In this document: positions 45,084-53,015 of the stretch, one piece after another
Layout: the number at the start of each line of letters is the position of its first letter
Numbering within the stretch: the stretch's first letter is position 1
From: Lentisphaerota bacterium
GTDB lineage: Bacteria > Verrucomicrobiota > Kiritimatiellia > UBA8416 > VGWI01
Length of the DNA: 64,000 nucleotides
NCBI GenBank assembly: GCA_016873655.1
Contig: VGWI01000003.1
Coordinates: 1,737 to 65,736, forward strand
Direction: 5' to 3'
Notes under the pieces: model-generated
The model's input: only the letters and a program-made list of their open reading frames with translations
What the model was told of the DNA's origin: nothing
Databases searched by the model: none
Made by a program: the position numbers and the translations under genes

Positions 45084-45724
45084 CACTGCTTCCCCGTTTG
45101 AGAACCGCCGGTTCCAGTGAACCGGGGCATTGTCGCACAGCCTTTCGCCACTATGCCGACGCCGGACAACACGCGCCAGACGGTCATGCACAGAATCCTC
45201 GCATCCAGCAGGAGCGAATGGTGATCAACATACCAGACATCAAGACGGAAACGTTCTTCCCAGTCCAGCGCGTTCCGCCCGTTTACCTGCGCCCATCCCG
45301 TCAGGCCCGGCCTGACCTCGTGCCTCCGCGCCTGTTCGGCCGAGTAGAGCGGCAGGTATTCCATGAGCAGCGGACGCGGCCCCACAAGACTCATGTCGCC
45401 CCTGAGCACGTTCACGACCTCCGGCAACTCGTCAAGGCTCGTCGCCCGCATGAAGCGGCCAAACCCGGTCATGCGCTCCGCGTCGGACACAGCCCCCTTC
45501 TCGCCGCCAGCGTCCGTCATGGTCCTGAACTTGTAAAGCGTGAACGGCCTTCCGGCCAGTCCCGCTCTGGTCTGCTTGAACAACGCCGGACGCCCAAGCA
45601 TGGCCCAGACCAGCGCCGCAAGCGCCAGCCCCAGCGGCCAGAACAGAAGAATGATGATCGCGGCGGCAAGCACGTCCACGGCGCGCTTGAGCCGTCCGCC
45701 GTATCTTCCGCACGCACGCTTCAT
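45083..45724 (-). CDS. Undecaprenyl-phosphate sugar phosphotransferase (small monotopic PGT, PglC/WcaJ C-terminal type) with intact catalytic dyad
   Basis: 213 aa: re-entrant helix LAAAIIILLFWPLGLALAALVW, KFRTM, SLDELPEVVNVLRGDMSLVGPRP, PGLTGWAQV. Confidence 0.85.
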   Translation of the reverse strand: MKRACGRYGGRLKRAVDVLAAAIIILLFWPLGLALAALVWAMLGRPALFKQTRAGLAGRPFTLYKFRTMTDAGGEKGAVSDAERMTGFGRFMRATSLDELPEVVNVLRGDMSLVGPRPLLMEYLPLYSAEQARRHEVRPGLTGWAQVNGRNALDWEERFRLDVWYVDHHSLLLDARILCMTVWRVLSGVGIVAKGCATMPRFTGTGGSQTGKQ

Positions 45725-45928
45725 TGCCCCTGCCTCCCCGCCAACGCTGACCGATCATATTGGAACACGCGCCCCCGCGTACACCACGCAATCACTTTCC
45801 TGAACGGCAGAACACCCGGAACAGCAGGACCGCCCGGCCGGGCAGGGAGCCGGTTGCATTGCGGGGCGTCAACGTGTATGTTGCGCGCCGATTCACGCGA
45901 AGTTGTGCCGGCAGGGAGATTCACCGCG

Positions 45929-46375
45929 ATGGAACAGACCGCAGTGCAGGCAATGAAAGCCAGGCGCCTGAGACCGGATGCGCGCCTCCCGGAATACGCG
46001 CACCCTGGCGACGCCGGCATGGACCTCTTTGCCGCCGAGAGGCTCGACCTTGCCCCCGGCGAACGCCGTCTGGCCCGGACCGGCGTGGCGATAGAACTGC
46101 CGCGGGGCACGGAGGGACAGGTGCGCCCGCGCAGCGGGCTCGCACTGAAGCACGGGGTGACCGTCCTTAACGCGCCCGGAACGATTGACGAGGGATACCG
46201 CGGCGAGGTGGGCGTGATTCTCGTGAACCACGGCGGCGAGCCCTACACCGTGGAACCGGGCATGAAGATCGCGCAGCTCGTGGTTCAGCCCGTCCTGCGC
46301 GTGCAGGTGCAGGAAACATCGGACCTGTCCGACACCAGCCGCGGCGCTGGCGGGTTCGGCTCAACTGGATATTGA
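45929..46375 (+). CDS. dut: dUTP diphosphatase
   Basis: 148 aa; dUTPase motifs AGMDL, RSGLALKHGV, GTIDEGYRGEV, and a C-terminal RGAGGFGSTG motif V. Confidence 0.85.
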   Translation: MEQTAVQAMKARRLRPDARLPEYAHPGDAGMDLFAAERLDLAPGERRLARTGVAIELPRGTEGQVRPRSGLALKHGVTVLNAPGTIDEGYRGEVGVILVNHGGEPYTVEPGMKIAQLVVQPVLRVQVQETSDLSDTSRGAGGFGSTGY

Positions 46376-46389
46376 AGAGGAGCCTCGAC

Positions 46390-47403
46390 GTGGCCGACAA
46401 CGAGTACGGCAGTATACTTGCTGGCGAGTCGCAGACGGTCCGCGATTCCTGGAACCGGTTCCGGAGTCACCCAGTGGACTGGGAATGGCTCGCGCCGGAA
46501 CCCGCATGGCCCGCCAACGAAACGACGCTTGCACGCCCTTTCCAGGTCACCGGGCCGGGCACCTTCTTCGGCGAAGCGCAGCGCACGCTCCACTTCGAGC
46601 CGTCCGAGCGACGCGGCTGGTGGTTCGACCGCACAACGAGACCGGAATCCATGCCGATCCACGTGTCGGCTGACAACGTGTGGACCACGGTCCGCAACAT
46701 CGTCCTATGCAGCGGCTCGCCGCACAACTACATGCGCATGGTTGAACACATCATCGCATTGAGGACCGGCCTGAGACTGGACAACGTGTTGATCCGCGTG
46801 GACTCCGGCGACCCGCCCCTCTTCGACCGGAGCAGCATGGACATGGTCGAGGGCGTCGACGCCGCCGGAGTGGCCGAGACAGCCACGCCCGCATCCTACT
46901 GCACTGTGAAGGAGCCCGTTACTGTCGGCGGCAGGAACGGCAGCTTCCTCACCTTCCTTCCGGCCGAAGAAGGGTCCCGTTCGCTCACCATCGACTGCGC
47001 AATAGACTTCCCGTCCGCGATAGGGAAACAGAGGATCAGGTTCAACGTGACCCCGGAGACTTTTCGTTACGGCGCCCAGGCCAGGACGAACACGACAATG
47101 TGGATGATGCTCTACTCCTGGAGCATCGGGAAGATATTCGCCGACACCCGCAACCTCGGCTACACGCTGCGCAACATCCTCGTCGCCGGTCCACGCCGCT
47201 ACGTCAACAAACCGCGGCTCCACCACAACGGCAAATCGCTGGAAGCCGCATGGCACCGCGCCACGCTGGATCTGCTCGCGGTAATCGCGATGATCAACAA
47301 GGGTCGGTTCGTGGGCAGGGCACTGTCCTACAAATCCGGCCATGAGCTCGACGTGCGGATGATCCGCGAGCTTTACGAACGCGACCTGCTGCGGCCTGTC
47401 TGA
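46390..47403 (+). CDS. lpxC: UDP-3-O-acyl-N-acetylglucosamine deacetylase (LpxC family)
   Basis: LpxC zinc/catalytic residues conserved: ...MVEH (His79 equivalent), HRATLD (His238/Asp242 equivalent), YKSGHELD (His265 region). GTG 46390 preceded by GAGGAG; a TTG at 46372 overlaps the dut stop. Confidence 0.75.
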   Translation: MADNEYGSILAGESQTVRDSWNRFRSHPVDWEWLAPEPAWPANETTLARPFQVTGPGTFFGEAQRTLHFEPSERRGWWFDRTTRPESMPIHVSADNVWTTVRNIVLCSGSPHNYMRMVEHIIALRTGLRLDNVLIRVDSGDPPLFDRSSMDMVEGVDAAGVAETATPASYCTVKEPVTVGGRNGSFLTFLPAEEGSRSLTIDCAIDFPSAIGKQRIRFNVTPETFRYGAQARTNTTMWMMLYSWSIGKIFADTRNLGYTLRNILVAGPRRYVNKPRLHHNGKSLEAAWHRATLDLLAVIAMINKGRFVGRALSYKSGHELDVRMIRELYERDLLRPV

Positions 47404-47446
47404 GAACGGTGGCGCGGACGGCAGGAAGAACACAGGGAGAAGGAAG

Positions 47447-48082
47447 ATGGATGTGCTTCTGGATATCAAGAACGCGCTGATGCAGGGCAAGGCAAACGAC
47501 GTCAAGACGCTTGTTCAGAAGGCGCTGGACGCAGGAATTCAGCCGGGCGACGTCCTCGGCAAGGGCATGCTAGCCGGCATGAGCGTTATCGGCGAGAAGT
47601 TCAAGAAGAACGAAGTCTACGTCCCGGAAGTCCTCATCGCCGCGCGCGCCATGAAGGAGGGCATGAAGATCCTCCAGCCGAAGCTCGTTGACGCCGGCGT
47701 CGAACCGATCGGCGTGGCAGTGATCGGCACGGTCAAGGGCGACCTGCACGATATCGGCAAGAACCTTGTCGGCATGATGCTCGAAGGCGCGGGCCTGAAG
47801 GTCGTTGACCTGGGCATCGACGTGGACCCCGCGAAGTTCGTGGCCGGCGCACGCGACAACAGGGCTGGTGTCATCGGCGTGTCCGCGCTGCTGACGACCA
47901 CGATGACGAACATGAAGGCGGTCGTGGATGCGCTGAAGGCGTCCGATATCGCCGGCAAGACGAAGGTGATGATCGGCGGTGCGCCGGTTACTCAGGCCTT
48001 TTCCGACGAAATCGGCGCCGACGGCTACGCCCCCGACGCGGCATCAGCCGCCGACCTTGCCCGGAAACTGATCGGCAAGTGA
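47447..48082 (+). CDS. Cobalamin-binding corrinoid protein (B12-binding_2 cap + B12-binding Rossmann domain; MtbC/MtaC-like)
   Basis: N-terminal helical cap MDVLLDIKNALMQGKANDVKTLVQKALDAG. DxHxxG motif DLHDIGKN, SxL (GVSALL) and GG (IGGAPV). Confidence 0.75.
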   Translation: MDVLLDIKNALMQGKANDVKTLVQKALDAGIQPGDVLGKGMLAGMSVIGEKFKKNEVYVPEVLIAARAMKEGMKILQPKLVDAGVEPIGVAVIGTVKGDLHDIGKNLVGMMLEGAGLKVVDLGIDVDPAKFVAGARDNRAGVIGVSALLTTTMTNMKAVVDALKASDIAGKTKVMIGGAPVTQAFSDEIGADGYAPDAASAADLARKLIGK

Positions 48083-48424
48083 CACGGCCGCTATCTCGAC
48101 AACACGCAGCATTGTTCCCCACATGTTGACGCTCACCATGCCGGGCTCTTCCGTCCCGGTCACTTGAACGCGCAAACCGTGGCGCTTGAATGTCTCAGGA
48201 AGGTCGAGAGGTTCGTACTTGCGCCCGTCGTCGGAAACCAGGCCGTAGAAACCGGTTTCGAGATCAACCCACACAACCGTCCCCGTGAAGCGGACGATGG
48301 AGGCGGAATACGGCGGCTGCGCCGGAGAAGCGCCCCCGGCCGCCTCGCAACCCGCCGCGCCGACGATGGACGCCAGCGCGGCAAGCCCACAGGCCGCCAC
48401 AAGGCAACGGCGAACAGGCGTCAT
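48044..48424 (-). CDS. Small hypothetical lipoprotein
   Basis: Lipobox LASIVGAAGC, 126 aa; no family recognized. Confidence 0.4.
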   Translation of the reverse strand: MTPVRRCLVAACGLAALASIVGAAGCEAAGGASPAQPPYSASIVRFTGTVVWVDLETGFYGLVSDDGRKYEPLDLPETFKRHGLRVQVTGTEEPGMVSVNMWGTMLRVVEIAAVSLADQFPGKVGG

Positions 48425-48906
48425 TCTGAAGGCGGACGACCGCGCCGGTTGCGGCCGGCACGCACTCCCAGACGCGCCAGCTCGGCAAGCGCTTCCTTCT
48501 TGCCCATATCCCTCAGGCGCAGAAGCGCGCGGCGGGACGCTTCGCGCAGACGCAGCGGGCCGCGGGAGTTCTCCCAGTTGTACACCGACTGCGAAGTCGC
48601 GCCGACAAGCGCGCCGAATGTCGATCTCGAGAACTGCAGCTTCCTGCGCATGCTTCGCACGCCCTTGGCGGTCACCCTCCCGGCAGCATCCAGCTCCGCC
48701 GCCGGGGCGGTCGCGGACGCTCCTTTGGACACAATCTTCGCCAAGCGTTTTATCTCGCGCTGCGCCGCGGCAAGCTCGCGCCTCAGCGCGGCAACGCTCC
48801 TGCGCATCTCAGCCTGCATCTTCTTCATGTTCCTGGTCGCGGCCCTGGCTTCCTTCCGTCCAAGCCTGGCGATCTCATCGCGCAACACTTTGCCAAGATT
48901 GCTCAC
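48421..48906 (-). CDS. Hypothetical HTH (XRE-like) DNA-binding protein with basic coiled-coil N-terminal half
   Basis: FSRSTFGALVGATSQSVYNWENSRG resembles a Cro/C1 HTH. Translationally coupled to flanking small genes. Confidence 0.45.
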   Translation of the reverse strand: MSNLGKVLRDEIARLGRKEARAATRNMKKMQAEMRRSVAALRRELAAAQREIKRLAKIVSKGASATAPAAELDAAGRVTAKGVRSMRRKLQFSRSTFGALVGATSQSVYNWENSRGPLRLREASRRALLRLRDMGKKEALAELARLGVRAGRNRRGRPPSE

Positions 48907-48920
48907 ATGCCCCTCCTCTG

Positions 48921-49331
48921 TTAGTTGTCGGACGGTTCCCCTTCCGTCCGCTCTTGAGACTCAGCCCCCACCGCCATCGTCTGCTGTGCGGTCCATACCT
49001 CACGATCGCCCTTGCGAATCCGCACCCGGGTCATCGCCCTGGTCCCACCCGCGGTTCGCTGTACAAGCGCCGTGCACTTCAGCGAACTGTGATCATCACC
49101 GATCGTCACCTCACCCTTGCCGCCCTCGCTCAAACGAAGCCGGGGAGACGAGACAAGCCGGCTCTTGCCGCCGGCAAGGTTCTCGGAAATGTTGAACTCC
49201 ACGACGAACTCGCCGCCGTCTGGAATCACCCGCGTCTCGGCCTCATAGCCTACCCGAATGGCAGCACAGCCCGACGCCAGCCAGCAGAAAACAGACAGCA
49301 CAACAACACAGCCGCAGCGAACCCGATTCAT
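48921..49331 (-). CDS. Small hypothetical lipoprotein
   Basis: Signal/lipobox VVLSVFCWLASGC, 136 aa. Confidence 0.4.
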   Translation of the reverse strand: MNRVRCGCVVVLSVFCWLASGCAAIRVGYEAETRVIPDGGEFVVEFNISENLAGGKSRLVSSPRLRLSEGGKGEVTIGDDHSSLKCTALVQRTAGGTRAMTRVRIRKGDREVWTAQQTMAVGAESQERTEGEPSDN

Positions 49332-49585
49332 TGACTGGCATTATCGCCTGCTGTACATTATTCATCAAGCCAATTACCGCCACCTTCACGGCCGGTGCAT
49401 ACGCAACAGGTTGCTCTTCAGCGCCGTCCGTCGCGTTGCGGGTGTCTTGCATGTAGTGTTTCAGCGCTTCTCTGCTTGAAGTAGCTGTTTGTGTTTTGGG
49501 AACGAGGGACTGGAATCCGCGATCGTTCTCTGCTAACAACTCCCGTGACGCGGACATTCTGTGCGCAACCCGGGAGACTGGCGCC

Positions 49586-50107
49586 ATGGATAATATCCTG
49601 CTCGACAGACACGAGTTCAAGGTTACAGAAACCGCCGGAGGAACATGGCGTGAGTTCCTCTATCCGTCCGGCCTGGTCTACCGCGAATTCAAGTCGCGTG
49701 CGTCCTTCGGCGGTGTGCCTGTCCTTCACATCACCCGCGGCATCAATCCCGACACCGGACGCAGGACCGTGGCGCGCGGCATTGTGGCGATAGGAAGACT
49801 GGCCTGCGGCGTCGTGGCCATCGGCCAGGCATCGGCCGGTGTGGTTGCGGTCGGCCAGCTCTCGGTCGGCATACTGCTGGCAATCGGGCAGGCGGCGTTC
49901 GGCGGAGTTGCAATCGGGCAACTGGCGATCGCCGCCATTTTCGGAGCTGGCCAGGCGGCGACCGGGGCAGTCGCGATCGGTCAGTTCGCCGCCGGCGGCT
50001 ATGTGATGGCCATGAAGGGCTTCGGAAGCCACGTGTGGCAGATCGGCGGGTCGGACCCCGAAGCGGCGCGCTTCTTCAGAACCCTTGCCGGCTGGCTGCT
50101 ACCGTAG
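49586..50107 (+). CDS. Hypothetical membrane protein with seven tandem 8-residue glycine-zipper repeats (consensus G-x-VAIGQ-x)
   Basis: From ATG 49586: IVAIGRLACGVVAIGQASAGVVAVGQLSVGILLAIGQAAFGGVAIGQLAIAAIFGAGQAATGAVAIGQFAAGG. Confidence 0.45.
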   Translation: MDNILLDRHEFKVTETAGGTWREFLYPSGLVYREFKSRASFGGVPVLHITRGINPDTGRRTVARGIVAIGRLACGVVAIGQASAGVVAVGQLSVGILLAIGQAAFGGVAIGQLAIAAIFGAGQAATGAVAIGQFAAGGYVMAMKGFGSHVWQIGGSDPEAARFFRTLAGWLLP

Positions 50108-51121
50108 GGCGCCCAGCCGCACCGCCAGCAGGGCCGCCTGGACCATGCTCTCCGGTGAAGCACGACCGGTCCATGCTATGTCAAACGCCGTGCCGTGATC
50201 AGGCGATGTGCGCACGAACGGCAGCCCGAGCGTCACGTTCACGCCGCTTTCGAACGCAAGCATCTTGAAGGGAATCAAGCCCTGATCGTGATACATTACC
50301 ACGTAACCGTCATACCGCGCTCTTCTGTCCGGCAGGAACGCAGTGTCCGGCGGCACAGGCCCATCAACGCGCCACCCGCTGCCCCGCGCGGCGGCGATCG
50401 CCGGCCCTATCACGCGCCGTTCTTCGTCTCCGAACAGCCCCCCCTCTCCTCCGTGCGGATTCAGCGACAGCACGCAGATGACCGGCTCCCGGCCCTTCAT
50501 TCGCAACAGTGCGTCCCGGAGAAGCCGTATGGCGGCGGCGACGCTTTCGGAGTCAAGAAGCGCTGGCACCTCCGAAATCGCGACGTGAGTGGTGACCAGC
50601 GCGACCGCCAGTTCCTCGGACGCCATCATCATGCATACCCGCCCGGCCCCGGAGAGCTGCGCGAGCATCTCCGTGTGTCCGGCAAACCGTTCGCCGGCCA
50701 GTGAAAGGGCGGCTTTGTGGATCGGAGCGGTGACGATCGCACGCACACGTCCCGCAAGCGCCGCCGCGGCCGCCAGCCGTATGCAGGCGGCGGCATGCCG
50801 GCCGCACGACGCCGACACAACCCCCGGCTGCAGATGTGCCGCGTCGGCCCATGAAACATCTATGACCGCCGGGCCGGCCGGGTCAGCGCCATCTTCCCAT
50901 TCCTTCAGCGAGACAGCGTCGGCAGGCACCTCAAGACCGCATTGCGCCGCCGCGGCCGCCAAAACAGCCGCGCTGCCGAACACGCGCGGGCGGCAGATTC
51001 CGGCCACGCTCCGGTCGGAGAGCAGACGCAGGCACAGTTCGGGACCCACGCCTGCCGGGTCCCCGATGGATACGCCCAGCGGCGGCAGGTCGGCGTCCTT
51101 ATTGCAGCGGTGTTTCTTCAT
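50099..51121 (-). CDS. pdxA: 4-hydroxythreonine-4-phosphate dehydrogenase
   Basis: 340 aa; PdxA motifs GDPAGVGPEL, ...HTEML..., LNPHGGEGG. Confidence 0.85.
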   Translation of the reverse strand: MKKHRCNKDADLPPLGVSIGDPAGVGPELCLRLLSDRSVAGICRPRVFGSAAVLAAAAAQCGLEVPADAVSLKEWEDGADPAGPAVIDVSWADAAHLQPGVVSASCGRHAAACIRLAAAAALAGRVRAIVTAPIHKAALSLAGERFAGHTEMLAQLSGAGRVCMMMASEELAVALVTTHVAISEVPALLDSESVAAAIRLLRDALLRMKGREPVICVLSLNPHGGEGGLFGDEERRVIGPAIAAARGSGWRVDGPVPPDTAFLPDRRARYDGYVVMYHDQGLIPFKMLAFESGVNVTLGLPFVRTSPDHGTAFDIAWTGRASPESMVQAALLAVRLGALR

Positions 51122-51596
51122 GTTCGGCCGGCGCTTCGCGCGACGTGGGAGGATACCCGACGCCTATCTCTATGCCAATGCCGTCCCATTCCTGCTCACG
51201 GTACATCCGGGCTCTGCGCAGGACAAGAAACACCACCGCCGCCGCCAGCACCGCGGCGATGAGGGAGACAAGAACGTGGCGCCGGACAACCCATTGCATC
51301 GCCGGATGCTCCGCGGCGCGCCGTATCCGGCGCTTCCTTTCATCCGACAGCATTTCCGGCACACCGGCCTGCCGCTGCGAGGCCCGCTTCAGCAGCATGG
51401 CGGCATCGGACAGTTCGGCCGCAGCGGATCTGCAGTCGGCGCATCGGCGGAGATGCTCGCGGACCAGCTCAGACCGCGCGCCGCCAAGCTCCCCGGAGAG
51501 GTAGTCGAACAGCACGTCCCTCACGTCCGGGCAGAGGCCGTCCGGGCCGCATTCCTGCCGTCGCGAGTCTCCGCAGTTGTTGTTTCCCGTCTTCAT
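51099..51596 (-). CDS. Anti-sigma factor (zf-HC2 type, single TM)
   Basis: N-terminal CPD...LFDYLSGEL...HLRRCADC (H-x3-C-x2-C) and a TM VLVSLIAAVLAAAVVFLVL. Directly downstream of an ECF sigma gene. Confidence 0.6.
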   Translation of the reverse strand: MKTGNNNCGDSRRQECGPDGLCPDVRDVLFDYLSGELGGARSELVREHLRRCADCRSAAAELSDAAMLLKRASQRQAGVPEMLSDERKRRIRRAAEHPAMQWVVRRHVLVSLIAAVLAAAVVFLVLRRARMYREQEWDGIGIEIGVGYPPTSREAPAEHEETPLQ

Positions 51597-52144
51597 GTCA
51601 AACCCGACCCCGAACGGGCCGCACAGGCCAGTTTCCGCATCGCATGATGCAGAACGTAACCTACGTTCCCCACGCTCATGCCGGCGATCTCGCTGATCTC
51701 CCGGTACGACTTGCCCTCAATCACCTTCAGTATCACAAGCTGCTGCTCTCGAGGTTTGAGAGTGCGAAGCGCCGCCATGGCGCGCTTCTCGGCGTCGTCG
51801 TTTCCCGCGAATTCCGGCCCCGGCACGTCCATGCGCTCCTCCAGCGCAGATTGCTCCTCCGCGTGCCGCTCGTGCGCCGCGTTGCGGCGCGACTCGCGCC
51901 GCACGTGGTCAACGGCGCAGTTATGCGCAACCCTGTAGAGCCACGCTGAAAGCGCGGCAGAAGGCTCGAGCGCCTCGCGCCATTTCTCCAGGAGCCGGAT
52001 GAAAGTCTCCTGCACAACGTCCTGGGCGGCATCGGGGTCCGCCACGATCCGCGCGGCGTAGCGCAGAAGGGCAGCCTCGTAGCGGGATACGATCCCGTCC
52101 ATCGCCAGCACCCTTGCTTCAGTTCTTTTCCCGTGGCTCTCCAT
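51593..52144 (-). CDS. ECF-subfamily RNA polymerase sigma factor
   Basis: Region 2 (DAAQDVVQETFIRLL...YRVAHNCAVDHVRR) and region 4 HTH (SYREISEIAGMSVGNVGYVLHHAMRKL). Confidence 0.8.
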   Translation of the reverse strand: MESHGKRTEARVLAMDGIVSRYEAALLRYAARIVADPDAAQDVVQETFIRLLEKWREALEPSAALSAWLYRVAHNCAVDHVRRESRRNAAHERHAEEQSALEERMDVPGPEFAGNDDAEKRAMAALRTLKPREQQLVILKVIEGKSYREISEIAGMSVGNVGYVLHHAMRKLACAARSGSGLT

Positions 52145-52340
52145 CCGCCCCCGCCAACCGCAAGCGCATTGCGGCTCCGCCCGCACTTAATACGCCGTCG
52201 TCGGCCCCGATATTAGCCTTGCGGCCCCGTCAAAGCCATCCAGTCCTCCTCACCGCGCCGCGGAGGAAAAGCCTGCCGCGCCGGCATGGGCCTGCTTAAC
52301 ACATCGCCGGCCGCGCCCTCGCGCGCTATGCTGCGCGGTC

Positions 52341-53015
52341 ATGAGCGGGACAAGAGCGCTGATATGGGACTGGAACGGCACGTTGCTCGACGACGTCGAG
52401 GCGTGTATCGCGGCGGTGAACACCATGCTCAGCCGCCGCGGACTTCCGCGCACGGACGCCGAACGCTACCGCAGGCAGTTCGGCTTCCCCGTACGCGGCT
52501 ACTACGAGCTGCTTGGCTTCGATTTCACCCGCGACAGGTGGAACGATGTCTGCGTCGAGTATCACGCGCTTTACGAGTCGCTCGCGCGTTCGTCCCCGTT
52601 GCGGACCGGCGCGGAGCATCTTCTGGATGACCTGCGGATCGCGGGCTGCAGGAATCTTGTTCTCTCCGCCTCCGAGACCTCGCTGCTGAAGCGGATGGTC
52701 GAAGCGCGCGGGCTGGGCGCGAGGTTGAACGGGCTGCACGGGCTGTCGGACCTTCACGGCCGGTCAAAGGCGCACCTGGGACGGAGTCTACTCCGGGAAC
52801 TGGCGCTGCCGCCCGGACACGTGCTGATGATCGGCGACACAGCGCACGACAGCGAGACGGCGGCGGAGGCCGGCTGCGGATGCGTCCTGATGGAGGGCGG
52901 CCACGCCTCGACGGAACGCCTTCTGTCACTAGGCAGGCCGGTTCTGCGCGACATTCCGGCGTTGCGCGAATGGCTGGCCGCCAACTTCCTCCCCGGCCTC
53001 AGAGCGACACGCTGA
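52341..53015 (+). CDS. HAD-superfamily hydrolase (phosphoglycolate phosphatase-like)
   Basis: Motif I IWDWNGTLLDD, motif II SAS/ET, motif IV MIGDTAHD. Confidence 0.8.
   Translation: MSGTRALIWDWNGTLLDDVEACIAAVNTMLSRRGLPRTDAERYRRQFGFPVRGYYELLGFDFTRDRWNDVCVEYHALYESLARSSPLRTGAEHLLDDLRIAGCRNLVLSASETSLLKRMVEARGLGARLNGLHGLSDLHGRSKAHLGRSLLRELALPPGHVLMIGDTAHDSETAAEAGCGCVLMEGGHASTERLLSLGRPVLRDIPALREWLAANFLPGLRATR

Noticed and set aside
45098-45928. Upstream 277 codons of the 425-aa ORF ending in dUTPase.
   Set aside because: dUTPase homology starts at ATG 45929. The upstream part is antisense to the pglC-like gene and the divergent promoter region.
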